A stretch of DNA of 63,919 nucleotides, the filler included, from Octopus bimaculoides (taxonomy: Eukaryota): the NCBI RefSeq assembly GCF_001194135.2. It is 9 parts of 8 records of this genome, joined end to end, with 100 filler letters (N's around TTAATTAATTAA, not from the genome) between each part and the next. Parts side by side here need not be neighbours in the genome. Positions count along the whole stretch, not along the records: positions 29,569 to 56,712 come from NC_068981.1; positions 56,813 to 59,263 come from NC_068983.1; positions 59,364 to 61,173 come from NW_026377654.1; positions 61,274 to 62,484 come from NC_069006.1; positions 62,585 to 63,919 come from NW_026438247.1; 4 more parts are not named here. One strand, written 5' to 3'. A program made the translations under genes and the position numbers. Positions 50,970 to 63,788 of the stretch are shown piece by piece (position 1 is the first letter of the stretch; every line of letters begins with the position of its first letter). The notes under the pieces are model-generated. The model worked only from the letters and a program-made list of their open reading frames with translations. It was not told where the DNA came from and did not search any database.

Positions 50970-52304
50970 CAGAGAGAGAGAGAGAGAGACAGAGAGAGAG
51001 ACAGAGAGAGAGAGAGAGACNNNNNNNNNNNNNNNNNNNNNNNNNNNNNNNNNNNNNNNNNNNNNNNNNNNNNNNNNNNNNNNNNNNNNNNNNNNNNNNN
51101 NNNNNNNNNNNNNNNNNNNNNNNNNNNNNNNNNNNNNNNNNNNNNNNNNNNNNNNNNNNNNNNNNNNNNNNNNNNNNNNNNNNNNNNNNNNNNNNNNNNN
51201 NNNNNNNNNNNNNNNNNNNNNNNNNNNNNNNNNNNNNNNNNNNNNNNNNNNNNNNNNNNNNNNNNNNNNNNNNNNNNNNNNNNNNNNNNNNNNNNNNNNN
51301 NNNNNNNNNNNNNNNNNNNNNNNNNNNNNNNNNNNNNNNNNNNNNNNNNNNNNNNNNNNNNNNNNNNNNNNNNNNNNNNNNNNNNNNNNNNNNNNNNNNN
51401 NNNNNNNNNNNNNNNNNNNNNNNNNNNNNNNNNNNNNNNNNNNNNNNNNNNNNNNNNNNNNNNNNNNNNNNNNNNNNNNNNNNNNNNNNNNNNNNNNNNN
51501 NNNNNNNNNNNNNNNNNNNNNNNNNNNNNNNNNNNNNNNNNNNNNNNNNNNNNNNNNNNNNNNNNNNNNNNNNNNNNNNNNNNNNNNNNNNNNNNNNNNN
51601 NNNNNNNNNNNNNNNNNNNNNNNNNNNNNNNNNNNNNNNNNNNNNNNNNNNNNNNNNNNNNNNNNNNNNNNNNNNNNNNNNNNNNNNNNNNNNNNNNNNN
51701 NNNNNNNNNNNNNNNNNNNNNNNNNNNNNNNNNNNNNNNNNNNNNNNNNNNNNNNNNNNNNNNNNNNNNNNNNNNNNNNNNNNNNNNNNNNNNNNNNNNN
51801 NNNNNNNNNNNNNNNNNNNNNNNNNNNNNNNNNNNNNNNNNNNNNNNNNNNNNNNNNNNNNNNNNNNNNNNATATATATATATATATATATAAATAATAG
51901 AAATATGTTTCAAAAAGTAAATAGGGACTACACGTGGAAAAGAAATGGGGAAAGTAAGTAGAAAAAAAAAGCGAAAATGCACACTGAATATAAAAGCAGC
52001 GATAAACAAATACAGTTAGATGAACTGAGGTAGAATTAAGAGGAATTAAATTCATTATTTTGAATTGTCAAAGAGATTCAAAGTCAAACCGGTATCGTCA
52101 ATTGTTGTTCACTGGCTTTGAATGCACACCGATTATCAAACGGTATCGGGTCTACTAGTTCCTGAGTAAAAAGATTGTGTAAGGGAGGTAAGTAGTTCTG
52201 GACGTGGTGCAATTAGGGTCGATATAATACTGTAATATGAATGGTATAAGGAATGTATGGGTGTTAGTGGCATTATTGGTAAGGTTAGTAGTGTTCTGTA
52301 TTAT

Positions 52305-52565
52305 GTTGTGTTCGTGTTAAGATATTTATTGATGAAAGTTGCTTCTTTATTTATTCTTTTCTGTACTGAGCTGTTCTGTGAACACTGATAGAAGGGGAAA
52401 CTTAGGAAATTAGGATTAAGGTTCCTAGCACACCTATCTATGTGTTCACTAACCTGTATCTGTCTGTATTGTGAGTGGAGGATTTGTTCTTTGTGAAGAG
52501 TGGTTCTTTGGCGGAGTGATATTCCTGTTTGGCCAATATATTGATTACCGTACCCTAAGCAGGTA
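52305..52565 (-). mobile_element. Penelope-like element GIY-YIG endonuclease C-terminal remnant
   Basis: CLGYGNQYIGQTGISLRQRTTLH (YIG motif, R..R..H), then after a frameshift VSEHIDRC..FYQC..KRINKEATFINKYLN. Confidence 0.75.
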
Positions 52566-52857
52566 ATGGCGAACTGGATCTAAAAATATTGGTTGCCAAG
52601 AGACTAAGGGGGCTCACCCGCAACTACAATGCTACCATTTATTTATTTATTTATTTGTTAAAAGTATTCTTTTCAACTGTCGGTAAATACATCTAGCCTG
52701 AAATAATTAATGCATTCTTCTAGGAGTAAATAAAAAATTCTCAAACTTGAAGGGATGGGCCCTTTAGATACTAACATGGGCCCCCATATATGGGTTCTAA
52801 TGGCGCAGGGGCCCATTTGTCATCGGCAAGCTGGCAACAAGGCCAGTCCGCTACTGG
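52562..52857. mobile_element. Possible hAT-type MITE remnant (GGGCCC-rich)
   Basis: Right end GGCCAGTCCGCTACTG, with a degenerate left counterpart TAATGGCGAACTGG. No TSD confirmed. Confidence 0.3.
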
Positions 52858-53184
52858 TTGTGATGAAAGGAGATTTGATTCTGTGCTCAACTGTTTGTTT
52901 TCCGTTCGAAGATAAATTTTACCTAGCGTCTTGCACAGAAACATTCCAGGTACAGATATTTAAACATATGACTGTCAGGTGTAACAATATCAATACTCTT
53001 CTTTAATACGAATAATTTCATATGTGTATATGTTTGTGTGTTTGTGTGCGTGTGTGCGTGCGTGTGTGAGTCTGTGTGCGTGTGTGAATGTATGTATGTT
53101 TGTATGTATATATGTATGTATGCATGTATGTATGTATGTATGTATGTATGTATGTATGTATGTACGTAGCGAGTGTGAAAGTGA

Positions 53185-53330
53185 AGGCACATAGTCAAGT
53201 GGTTAGGATGTTGCTTTCACAATCGTAACATCATGGTTTCAATTCCCTCATCAAGCGGTGCGTTATATTCTTAAGCGATGCATTTTATTTCATGTTGCTT
53301 CAGTCCACATAACGATACATGAGTAACCCT
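53185..53330 (+). mobile_element. Old tRNA/CORE-like SINE fragment
   Basis: AGTCAAGTGGTTAGG..GGTTTCAATTCCC. Confidence 0.5.
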
Positions 53331-54875
53331 GAGATTCTACAACATATTTGCCTCTGTTTATGAAGAATGTTGTTGTGACCTCGGTCACTTATACGCTATG
53401 GAAACAGGATAACGGGGCTATATAAAACTTAGGGCGTCTTTTTTATGTATGTGTGAGTGCGCATCTATGTGTGTCCGCATGTATGTGTAATATATAGGAA
53501 TTTACTCATGCAGCAGTTTCAACTTGCTCAGATTAGCGTCGCGGAGCCACTCAGTATTTCAATTTCTGGTGCAAATGTGGGGAATGGCTTCATTGTCGAC
53601 CATAAAACTGCAATGAGTGAGCTCAAGCGTATTATGAGTGGTCGGAATACAATTTTGTTGTTCTGTAGTAGCAAATGGTGAAAACAACTAAATCAAACTT
53701 CGAAGTCATTACCAGAAAATTTCTCGTAAAAGTTAACATAATACACGTAAAGATTAACATAATACACATAGGTGTATTAAGTTAACACAACACACCCATG
53801 TGAATATATATTTATTTAGCCATGTTACTTTCATGGGATTACGATGGTTCGTTAATCTTGTAGTGTAAATTTTGGTGCGAAAGAAATAATGGGCACATGT
53901 ATGCTCGGCATTTGCATAATTTCTTCTATATTGAAATTGATATTACATGAGGAAGGTTGCGAAACGGACATAACCCTAGAGAAGACAAGTGGTTAAATAA
54001 ATATACATACACCTCTCATGTCAGCTGTCTTTATGTTTTCATATTCTTCTCATGAAATAATTTCATCGCTCCGGATTTTCACTTACGTAGATACAACATT
54101 TCTCTTCTTGGTAACTGATTATTATTAAGTAGACTGATGGCCGAGTCTGTAAGAGGAGTTTTCTGTGACAACTGCAAAATTCTCTGAATCCACATCTTAT
54201 GCTTTTCATTTATCATAGAACTAAATGTATTGGGTGGCACATTAAATAATGTTTAACTGTAATAAAATGTGGTTTTCCTTCTGCAAAACCTCTTTTTATT
54301 ATTTTTTTTTGTTACAATGCGCACTAAAATTTTATTCAGTAAAACGCTTTTAATTCGGCAACAATTTTTTTTTTCTATTTAGACTTTTTTTTAATAAACG
54401 GAAAATGTTTCGTAAGCAAAAAATTTTCGGTAATATGTCTTTACAATTTTGTTTGTAAAATCTATCTTGTGAAAACGTACGCTTATATTTTTGTAGTAAA
54501 ACCGTTATATGAAAACATCTGATATGTGAAAATATAATTTTGTGCTTCTCTTTCCAAATATATCGATAAAAATTAGAAATATTTAGCTATTATGAAAAGT
54601 AAAACTTGTTTTATTCAAATACATACATACATGCATACATACATACATACATACACACATACATACTTGCATGCATACATATATACATACATACATACAT
54701 ACATACATACATACATACACACATAACATAATCGCTGTAATTGATCTATTCATCAATAAAAATAATTCTACTGAAACAGATGTTTTGAGTCTTTAAACTC
54801 CATTCGTGTTCCTATTTTATACAAACGCCATCTCCATTCTAGATTTATAGCTTGCATTTGATCGTGAGGAAACGT

Positions 54876-54915
<40 letters not shown>

Positions 54916-55032
54916 TCATGTCTATATGTCTGTATCTATATCTGTCTATATATCTAAATTTCTATCCACACACACACGCATACATACATACATACATACA
55001 TACATACATAATTATATACATACATATATACA

Positions 55033-55063
<31 letters not shown>

Positions 55064-55096
55064 GGAGGTTAGTGTGTGTGTATGTGTGTGTGTTAA

Positions 55097-56342
55097 CGCA
55101 GGCGTGGCTGTGTAGTGAGAAGTTTGCTTCCCGACCACATGGTTCTGGGTTCCGTCCTACTGCGTGGAACCTTGGCTAAGAGTCTTCTGCTATAGCCTCG
55201 ATACGTACATACATAATGCATACATACGTGTAAACATACAGATATACGTACATACATACACACATACATACATGCATACATTGATAGTCCCTATATGAGG
55301 CGATTTGTGCAATGTTTTTACTCATAGCTTTATACTGCGAGATATATAAGCGGTCGAACAAAAGTATCAGAACTAATGATATTGCCACCGTCATCGTCAC
55401 TTAGTACGGCATCAGCATTACCGTGCAACTCAGCAGTATGTACTTTTTGTGCTGACCAAAAATAACGTGTGCTTGAGTGGTTTCTACATGGACATATCTG
55501 AAGAACGAATGGAGGTGAAAGACCTGAGAAAAGCGCCCGATATAAAGACGAGACGGGCCTCGAAAGAAGTGAAATATGTCTAAATCAAATATGTCCAGAA
55601 CACATGAAATGAGGCCCATTTTGCTTCGGAACGGTGAAGAATTCACAGGCTTGTGCATCACGTCGACGATCCAGATAGATTTCCTGAACGAACTAGAGTA
55701 AGAGTATATAGATGACGTGTTAACTGAAGAGGGAAAATCAGGCGGTATATTCAAATACCGGAATCTTTGAATGCTCTGGCGACCCTGAACTGGAAAATTT
55801 TGAACCGCATTTGAAGTGCCTTGATAAGCTTCTTTCAATTTCCTTCTACCAAATCCCTCCTCAAGGTTTTGATCGACCTACTTTCCTTCTACCAAATTCA
55901 TTCTCAAGGTTTTGATTGACCCAAGGGATGCTTGCCAAATGTGTCACGCAATACACTGAACACAGAACCTTATGGTTGGAATGCAAACTTCTTACCATAT
56001 GGACATACATGTACTGTATTTATCTGCCAGGCATTCTACGTTGCATCCGATACTCCAGAGACATTGACAACTCGATGCTTCAGAAAACTATTGTGAAACA
56101 TAAAAGAATTTATTAGAGGAAAAAAAGATTTCTCAAACACGTCAGGTCAATCGATACTTGCCAAGAAATATATATCTACTATTCTGTCGTTTCTTTCTAA
56201 CTCTTAGCTCGTGTTTCTCTTTGTCACTTCATTCTCTGTTTTCCTTGATATGATATATATGTATGCGCACACATAAACACACATCTCACACACACAAACT
56301 CACAAACACACACACAGACTCACACAGACGCACACACATCTC

Positions 56343-56385
<43 letters not shown>

Positions 56386-56422
56386 NNNNNNNNNNNNNNN
56401 NNNNNNNNNNNNNNNNNNNNNN

Positions 56423-56459
<37 letters not shown>

Positions 56460-56569
56460 TTATATGTGGATATTTATCTATGGATGCACATATACACATA
56501 CACACATACATGCATATATGTGTGTAAGTTTGATAGACAGACAGACAGACAGACAGGTAGGTAGGTAGG

Positions 56570-56620
<51 letters not shown>

Positions 56621-56621
56621 G

Positions 56622-56682
<61 letters not shown>

Positions 56683-57321
56683 GATAGATAGATAGATAGA
56701 TAGATAAATAGANNNNNNNNNNNNNNNNNNNNNNNNNNNNNNNNNNNNNNNNNNNNTTAATTAATTAANNNNNNNNNNNNNNNNNNNNNNNNNNNNNNNN
56801 NNNNNNNNNNNNTATATATATATACATACGACGGGCTTCTTTCAGTATCTGTCTACCAAATCCACTCACAAGGCTTTGGTTGGCTCGACGCTATGGTAAA
56901 AGACATTTGTCCAAGGTGCCACGCGGTGGGACTGAACCCGGAACCATGTAGTTGGGAAACAAGCTTCTTTTCACACAGCCGTTTATTTTTACAAAATATA
57001 ATACCTGATTAGGTACAATAAACTCAATAAAACTATGAAGTACCCATAACTACTGACTAGAAAAAATCAAATTAAGTCAGTTTACCTGACTAATACAACC
57101 GAATTAGATATAAAGAAAGTATAAAAAGATTATTCTTTTGCTATCTGACTTGTTTCAGTCAGTCATTGGACTGCGACCATGCGGGGACGATGTCTTGCAG
57201 GATCCGGTCGATCCAATCAACCATGATATTTAAGTCTGATATTTACTCTAGTGGGTACTTTTTTTGCTGAACCACTAGGTTACGGTGACAGAACAAACCA
57301 ACAAATCTACAAACAAAAAGA

Positions 57322-57361
<40 letters not shown>

Positions 57362-57690
57362 CACACACTCAGTCGCTCGCTCACTCGTTCATTCACTCTC
57401 TCACTCGCTCACTCACTCACTCGCTCACTCTCTCACTCCCTCCCTCGCTCACTCGCTCGCTCGCTAACTCTCTCACTCAATCGCTCACTTTCTCACTCGT
57501 CACTCATTCGCTCACTCGCTCACTCATATGCAACGGGTTTCCACTCACTTCCCGTCTACCAAATTCACTCACAAAGCATCAGTCGACGCTGCGCTTCACT
57601 AGAAGATATTTACCCAAGGTTTAGTGCAGTGGGCCTGAACCCGAAACCAGTGGTTGTGAAACCAATTTCTAAAATCCCCAACAGCCCGGC
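55097..57690. mobile_element. Cluster of family B SINEs: 55097-55200 (+), 55855-56010 (-), 56828-56982 (-), 57130-57690 (-, internal (CTCA/CTCG)n)
   Basis: Each carries the family B head motifs (CTACCAAATCCACTCACAAGG.., GGACTGAACCC..AACC). Confidence 0.8.
56535..56712. repeat. (GACA)n(GGTA)n(GATA)n tetranucleotide array
   Basis: Directly visible. Confidence 0.95.
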
Positions 57691-58488
57691 CTGCGTCTAC
57701 CTTTTAATTCAAGAATTTTTATATTGTTAATGAGCTGGATGAGCTTGGAAACTACTTAAAATAGAATCAATATTAGGATGAACTTCTGTGAGTTTATGCC
57801 TTAGGTCACCACGTTCGTTGATGTTAAGTGTGTCCTTTCGTTTACTTAACATTGTATTTATCTCGTAACATTCAGTCTTGGTTATATAGAAACTTGCAAA
57901 TGAAAATGAAAAACGTGTCAGCTGACTTTAATACATAGCTATTTGGTTGTAGTGTTTTCATTGCTCCAGGAATCGCTAAAGTTTTTATTTTTGAACAATG
58001 CTTTTGCCTCGTTTATTTCAATCAATTCCTCTAATAAATTAGTTTCAATATCTGTATTTTCTACATCAACATAGAATGGAGAGACAATTAATTAGTTTTT
58101 CCTGCAAGTTATATCCCAGTGTCATTGAATCTCTATTCCCTATTCAGATATCAATGGAGAATATATACTCAAGATGTTCAAAACGTATTTTAACGGCTTC
58201 TTTTAAGTTTTCAAGACAGACTGTACTGATGAGAAGGTTGTTATCTGAAATATTTTCAACTGCTTCTTATTCCAGTTGTGACAAATTCGACATTACAAAT
58301 TCCTCCAAATCAAAGATTTATATAAACCAATCTTTTCTTGAAAATCTAAAAGACTACTTCAAACTTGAATTACAATAGTGAAATAATTTCTTTTTGGGGG
58401 ACGGATGGTAAAACTCGAAGCTGATAAAACTATAATTAATAGCGTTCAAATGTTGGTTTAAAAACTACTTTAGGACAGAAAGGGTCGA

Positions 58489-58554
58489 AGCTGATCGTGG
58501 GACTTGAACTCACACCTGTGAATAGGGAAGACGTTCTACCATTGGACCAAAGCA
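58489..58554 (-). pseudogene. Degenerate tRNA-like sequence or SINE head; not a functional tRNA
   Basis: Reverse complement GCTTTGGTCCAATGGTAGAACG..GTGAG-TTCAAGT-CCCAC..TCAGC has D-arm and T-arm-like parts but no proper anticodon arm. Confidence 0.45.
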
Positions 58555-58628
58555 ATTCTTCAAATTTCTCTGTCCATTTTATGGAAAACTGCATGTTGTT
58601 GACATCATTAGAATTTATAAGCTTTCAA

Positions 58629-59027
58629 GAGAAGGACTGATAGATGAATAATGAAGGGGTGATGTCAGATTTTTTCATAGCTCCCATGGTTACCGATTTC
58701 TCTATATATACATATAGAAATTCGCCATTCGCCATGATAGATCGCTAACCACTACATACATTTGTTTCTCTCCTTGTTTCTCTCCTTGTTTCTTTCTGTG
58801 TTCCTTTTTGTGGAAGAGCGTAGGCTCGAAACGTTAAAAACTTTTTCAATTCCCGAGCGTTATACTAATACATCTGTTTGTTTTCTACACCACCTGTCTT
58901 CGTCTGTTGTTCATTTTTTGTGAATTCTCCCTATATATATATATATAAATCAGTAACCATGGGAGCTATGAAAAACATATGACATCACCCCCTCCTTCTT
59001 TATTCATCTATCACCACTTCCTTTCTC
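58629..59027. mobile_element. P2 repeat with hammerhead-like motif, enclosed by ~75-bp inverted repeats and (TA)n
   Basis: Arms 58629-58699 and 58947-59027 (GGGGTGATGTCA..TTTTTCATAGCTCCCATGGTTAC.GATTT). Core GAGC-gtag-GCTC-GAAAC at 58816-58832. Confidence 0.75.
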
Positions 59028-59363
59028 ATTCATAAACACAAGAGTATTATTATAGTAGATTATCTCGGTAATATATAGAAATATATATATATATATATAT
59101 ATAATGTGAAAAAAAAAATGAATAGAAATTCCTATACTGATAATTTTTTCCACTTTAATAATTAGATGTTTGGAAAGCCATTTGTAATTCGGAAAAGTGA
59201 TTTGTAATAATTTTTTTAAATATATAATACTGTACCAAGGATGCTCTATTCCTCATTCTACTANNNNNNNNNNNNNNNNNNNNNNNNNNNNNNNNNNNNN
59301 NNNNNNNTTAATTAATTAANNNNNNNNNNNNNNNNNNNNNNNNNNNNNNNNNNNNNNNNNNNN

Positions 59364-60093
59364 AGTGGTAGTGGTGGTGTGGTGGTGGTGGTGGTGGTGG
59401 TGGTGGTGGTAGTGGTGGCAGCAGCAGTGATGGTGGTTGTGGTGGTGGTGGTGGTGGTGATTGTATCGGTGGTGGTTGTGGTAGCTGCGGTAGTGATAGC
59501 GGTGAAAGGTCGTGATGCTGAGATTGTTGTGTGGTAATGGTGGTGAAGATGGCGATGGTGGCGATGGTGGTGATGATTTTTGTTGTCGTCGTCGTCGTGT
59601 TATGGTGGTGGTAGTGGTGATGACGATTGTGGTGGTGATGGTGATGATGTTGCTGCTAGTAAATAGATCCATGTGTACCAAAAAAAAAAAGAAAGAAATG
59701 AACCAGAGTTTCTTCAACAAACAAAAATGCCGACAGCAAATAATTTTCTTCTACTTCCTCATTCTCCATATCAGCAGATAACATAAAATATAAAAAAAAA
59801 CTAGAACACTACAAAAAATACCAGAGAAAATAGTAAAAACGATATTCATACGCTGTGTGTATGTATGTGTGTGTGTGTGTGTGTTTGTGTGTATGTTTTT
59901 GTGTGCGTGATTGCGTACGTGTGCGCTCGTGGCTATGCGTATATAGACTTACGTCCGATTGTTTGTGTGTCTGTATACCAATATATATGTATGTATATTT
60001 GTGTGTATGTACCTATATGTGTGTATATATATATGTGTGTGCATGTGAGTAAATAAATATATATATAGATATACTTTTTATGTGTACATATAC

Positions 60094-60167
<74 letters not shown>

Positions 60168-60617
60168 NNNNNNNNNNNNNNNNNNNNNNNNNNNNNNNNN
60201 NNNNNNNNNNNNNNNNNNNNNNNNNNNNNNNNNNNNNNNNNNNNNNNNNNNNNNNNNNNNNNNNNNNNNNNNNNNNNNNNNNNNNNNNNNNNNNNNNNNN
60301 NNNNNNNNNNNNNNNNNNNNNNNNNNNNNNNNNNNNNNNNNNNNNNNNNNNNNNNNNNNNNNNNNNNNNNNNNNNNNNNNNNNNNNNNNNNNNNNNNNNN
60401 NNNNNNNNNNNNNNNNNNNNNNNNNNNNNNNNNNNNNNNNNNNNNNNNNNNNNNNNNNNNNNNNNNNNNNNNNNNNNNNNNNNNNNNNNNNNNNNNNNNN
60501 NNNNNNNNNNNNNNNNNNNNNNNNNNNNNNNNNNNNNNNNNNNNNNNNNNNNNNNNNNNNNNNNNNNNNNNNNNNNNNNNGATGATGGTGGTGGTGGTGG
60601 TGGTAATAATAATAATG

Positions 60618-60676
<59 letters not shown>

Positions 60677-60760
60677 AAGAAGAAGAAGAAGAAGAAGAAG
60701 AAGAAGAAGAAGAAGAAAAAGAAGAAGAAGAAGAAGAAGAAGAAGAAGAAGAAGAAGAAG
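59364..60760. repeat. Trinucleotide microsatellites: (GGT/GAT)n 59364-59650 and (AAT)n(AAG)n 60604-60760
   Basis: Directly visible. Confidence 0.95.
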
Positions 60761-60975
60761 ATCTAGAAGAAATCGTTAATGATAATAACAAAAGAAAACC
60801 TAATAAGAATGAGTGAGTTTTTCTACATGTTTACCACTTTAAAAAGCGAACATGGTTCCAACAGAGAGATGAAAAAAAAAAAGCAGTAAGACAGACGGAA
60901 AGATATATGAATCTCAGAATGGAAATTCTGAGAGTCAAAAGTAGCTGAATGTGTTGCCATCATATGTTTAAAATA

Positions 60976-61080
60976 GGAGGCGGCGGGCGGGCAGAATTGT
61001 TAACACACCGGACGAAATGCTTAGCGGTGTTTCGTCTGTTTTTACGTTCTGAGTTCAAATTCCGCCGGGGACGACGATTC
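60976..61080 (+). mobile_element. Family A SINE head, truncated
   Basis: GGAGGCGGCGGGC..GAGTTCAAATTCCGCCG. Confidence 0.8.
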
Positions 61081-61095
61081 TTTAACTCTTGTGTG

Positions 61096-61173
<78 letters not shown>

Positions 61174-61273
61174 NNNNNNNNNNNNNNNNNNNNNNNNNNN
61201 NNNNNNNNNNNNNNNNNTTAATTAATTAANNNNNNNNNNNNNNNNNNNNNNNNNNNNNNNNNNNNNNNNNNNN

Positions 61274-61313
<40 letters not shown>

Positions 61314-61460
61314 GTTTAATATATCTTGCGAAAGCTTACGTTATGAAAATACGCAAAGAATTACGAATATTGAGCATTCAAATATTAATATCATTCCAGA
61401 GTGAAAACATTATTGTTGGTAGACTTAATCATGTGATCCAGTCTGAGACAACAAGTAGAT

Positions 61461-61508
61461 GGGTGCGTCTTATACAGGAGAGCGACTTATACACGATGCA
61501 AGACGGTT
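61461..61508 (+). mobile_element. Solo right-terminal repeat of a pogo/Tc2-like DNA transposon
   Basis: GGGTGCGTCTTATAC..GCGACTTATACACG..ACGGT resembles the doubled GCGTCTTATA subterminal motif. No partner end is visible. Confidence 0.35.
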
Positions 61509-62879
61509 ATATGAAGATGTGACTACAACAGCCAATTAGACACAGAGAAATATAGACTTGAACGTTAGAAAAATTTCAGCTATTAACAGAGCTAAACACG
61601 AGCACACATCACACAAACTGTTACAGATAAATCTGTACACTTTCAAAGAAACACATACACACAGGGATTCTACCGAACATAGATGAAAAGATAAGGACAG
61701 ACTACTATGTATAAACACACACATGCATTCACAAACGCATACACACACATACGGATATATATAGTATGTGTAAGAAAAACACAAGTCCTGCATCACATCA
61801 ATGGTAACGACATAAGCGTTTCGAATGAACGACTTCTTAAGAAAGATGCTATTTCAATCGTTTTATCTCTGATTTAAAATTGAGCAAATATGTTTACATA
61901 CATACATACGTACACACATATATAGAAACATATAGACATATATATATATATATATATATNNNNNNNNNNNNNNNNNNNNNNNNNNNNNNNNNNNNNNNNN
62001 NNNNNNNNNNNNNNNNNNNNNNNNNNNNNNNNNNNNNNNNNNNNNNNNNNNNNNNNNNNGAGAGAGAGAGAGAAAGAGAGAGAGAGAGTAGGAGCCATTG
62101 GGAAAAAACAGAGAAGTTCCTCATCGTCACTCGTCGTCATCAGCAGCATGAAAAAGTGGAAGAAGAAGAAGAAAAGGAATAAGGAAAAGGAGCAGAAGGC
62201 TTAGAGGGAGACGTTAAGTAGTACTAGTATTGGAGGAGGAGGAGGAGAAGCAAAAGCTGAATAAGACTATACAAAGAAGAGGAGCAAACGAGAAGAGGAA
62301 GAAGAAGAAAAAAATGGGGAAAAAAGGAGAAAGAGAAAGAAAAGACGAAGATCAAAAGCAAGACAAGAAGAAAAGACTACAAGAAAAGGAGAAAATAAGA
62401 AATGGAAGATTAAAAAAGAGAAGAGATAGAAAACAAAGAGATGAAAAAGCAGTAGTAGAAGAAGAACAACAAAAGGGGAGGAGGNNNNNNNNNNNNNNNN
62501 NNNNNNNNNNNNNNNNNNNNNNNNNNNNTTAATTAATTAANNNNNNNNNNNNNNNNNNNNNNNNNNNNNNNNNNNNNNNNNNNNTGTAACAGCAAGAAGC
62601 TGATGTGGCCAACAGCATGAAAAATTTTCACACATATGCAGGAAGGGTGGCATCACCTCCCACTCGAAGGATTTTGCTCACATGGCATTAGTGTTTTTAG
62701 GGAGAAAAAAATAAAGTCAAAATACCTTTTATGTACCTCATAAATTTCAAAGAAAATTTATCATATATAGTTGGTGCACAATATTCACCTAGCACACTCA
62801 GAATACATGCACTAACTTCATACAATCATATATAAATATGCATACATACATGAGTGTGTGTTTGTGTTTGTTGCACCCA

Positions 62880-63030
62880 TAGGTGCAAGCCTGGCTATAT
62901 GGTTAAGAAGTTCAATTCCCAACCCTCTAGTTTCAGCTTCAGTCCCACTGCACTCTGCCTAGGGCAAGAATTTTCTACCATAACCCTGGGCTGACCAATG
63001 CTTTGTAAGTGAATTTCAGAGACAAAAAAA
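62880..63030 (+). mobile_element. Family B SINE head, diverged
   Basis: GGTGCAAGCCTGGCTATATGGTTAAG..TTCAGTCCCACTGC..GGGCAAG..TTCTAC. Confidence 0.7.
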
Positions 63031-63249
63031 ACGAAGCTTGTCATATATGTGTGCATGAATTTGTGTGCTTGTGTGTTATGTCCCATTTAGTAAAACANNN
63101 NNNNNNNGTGTGCATGAATTTGTGTGCTTGTGTGTTATGTCCCATTTAGTAAAACATTATGTAAATTTTTACGGAGGTGTGCTTGCATAGCAAATGGTTT
63201 GATCTGAGATTGTGTGCTGAAAATAAAGCAATTGCAGTGTGGAAGAGGC

Positions 63250-63530
63250 TACATTATTTACATTTGATGGATATTTGTCCTCATCTTGTTTGTTGTTNNN
63301 NNNNNNNNNNNNNNNNNNNNNNNNNNNNNNNNNNNNNNNNNNNNNNAGGTGTCTTGGGGAAATTTTGAACCTGGGTTCTCATTCCTGAGGTATTTTGCGA
63401 TGTTATTATTATCATTATTATTATTATTCAGGTCACTGCCTGGAATCAAACTNNNNNNNNNNTGGAATCAAACTCGGAATCTTGGAGTTAGTAGCCTGTG
63501 CTCTTAACCACTGCGCCATATGGCATAATG

Positions 63531-63564
<34 letters not shown>

Positions 63565-63788
63565 NNNNNNNNNNNNNNNNNNNNNNNNNNNNNNNNNNNN
63601 NNNNNNNNNNNNNNNNNNNNNNNNNNNNNNNNNNNNNNNNNNNNNNNNNNNNNNNNNNNNNNNNNNNNNNNNNNNNNNNNNNNNNNNNNNNNNNNNNNNN
63701 NNNNNNNNNNNNNNNNNNNNNNNNNNNNNNNNNNNNNNNNNNNNNNNNNNNNNNNNNNNNNNNNTGTAAATAATGTACATAATTCCTC
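63250..63788. mobile_element. Second copy of palindromic element P1, fragmented by gaps
   Basis: Left arm is the reverse complement of 16740-16895. tRNA-like part at 63428-63522. The left outer end TACATTATTTACA is complementary to TGTAAATAATGTA at 63745. Confidence 0.75.
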
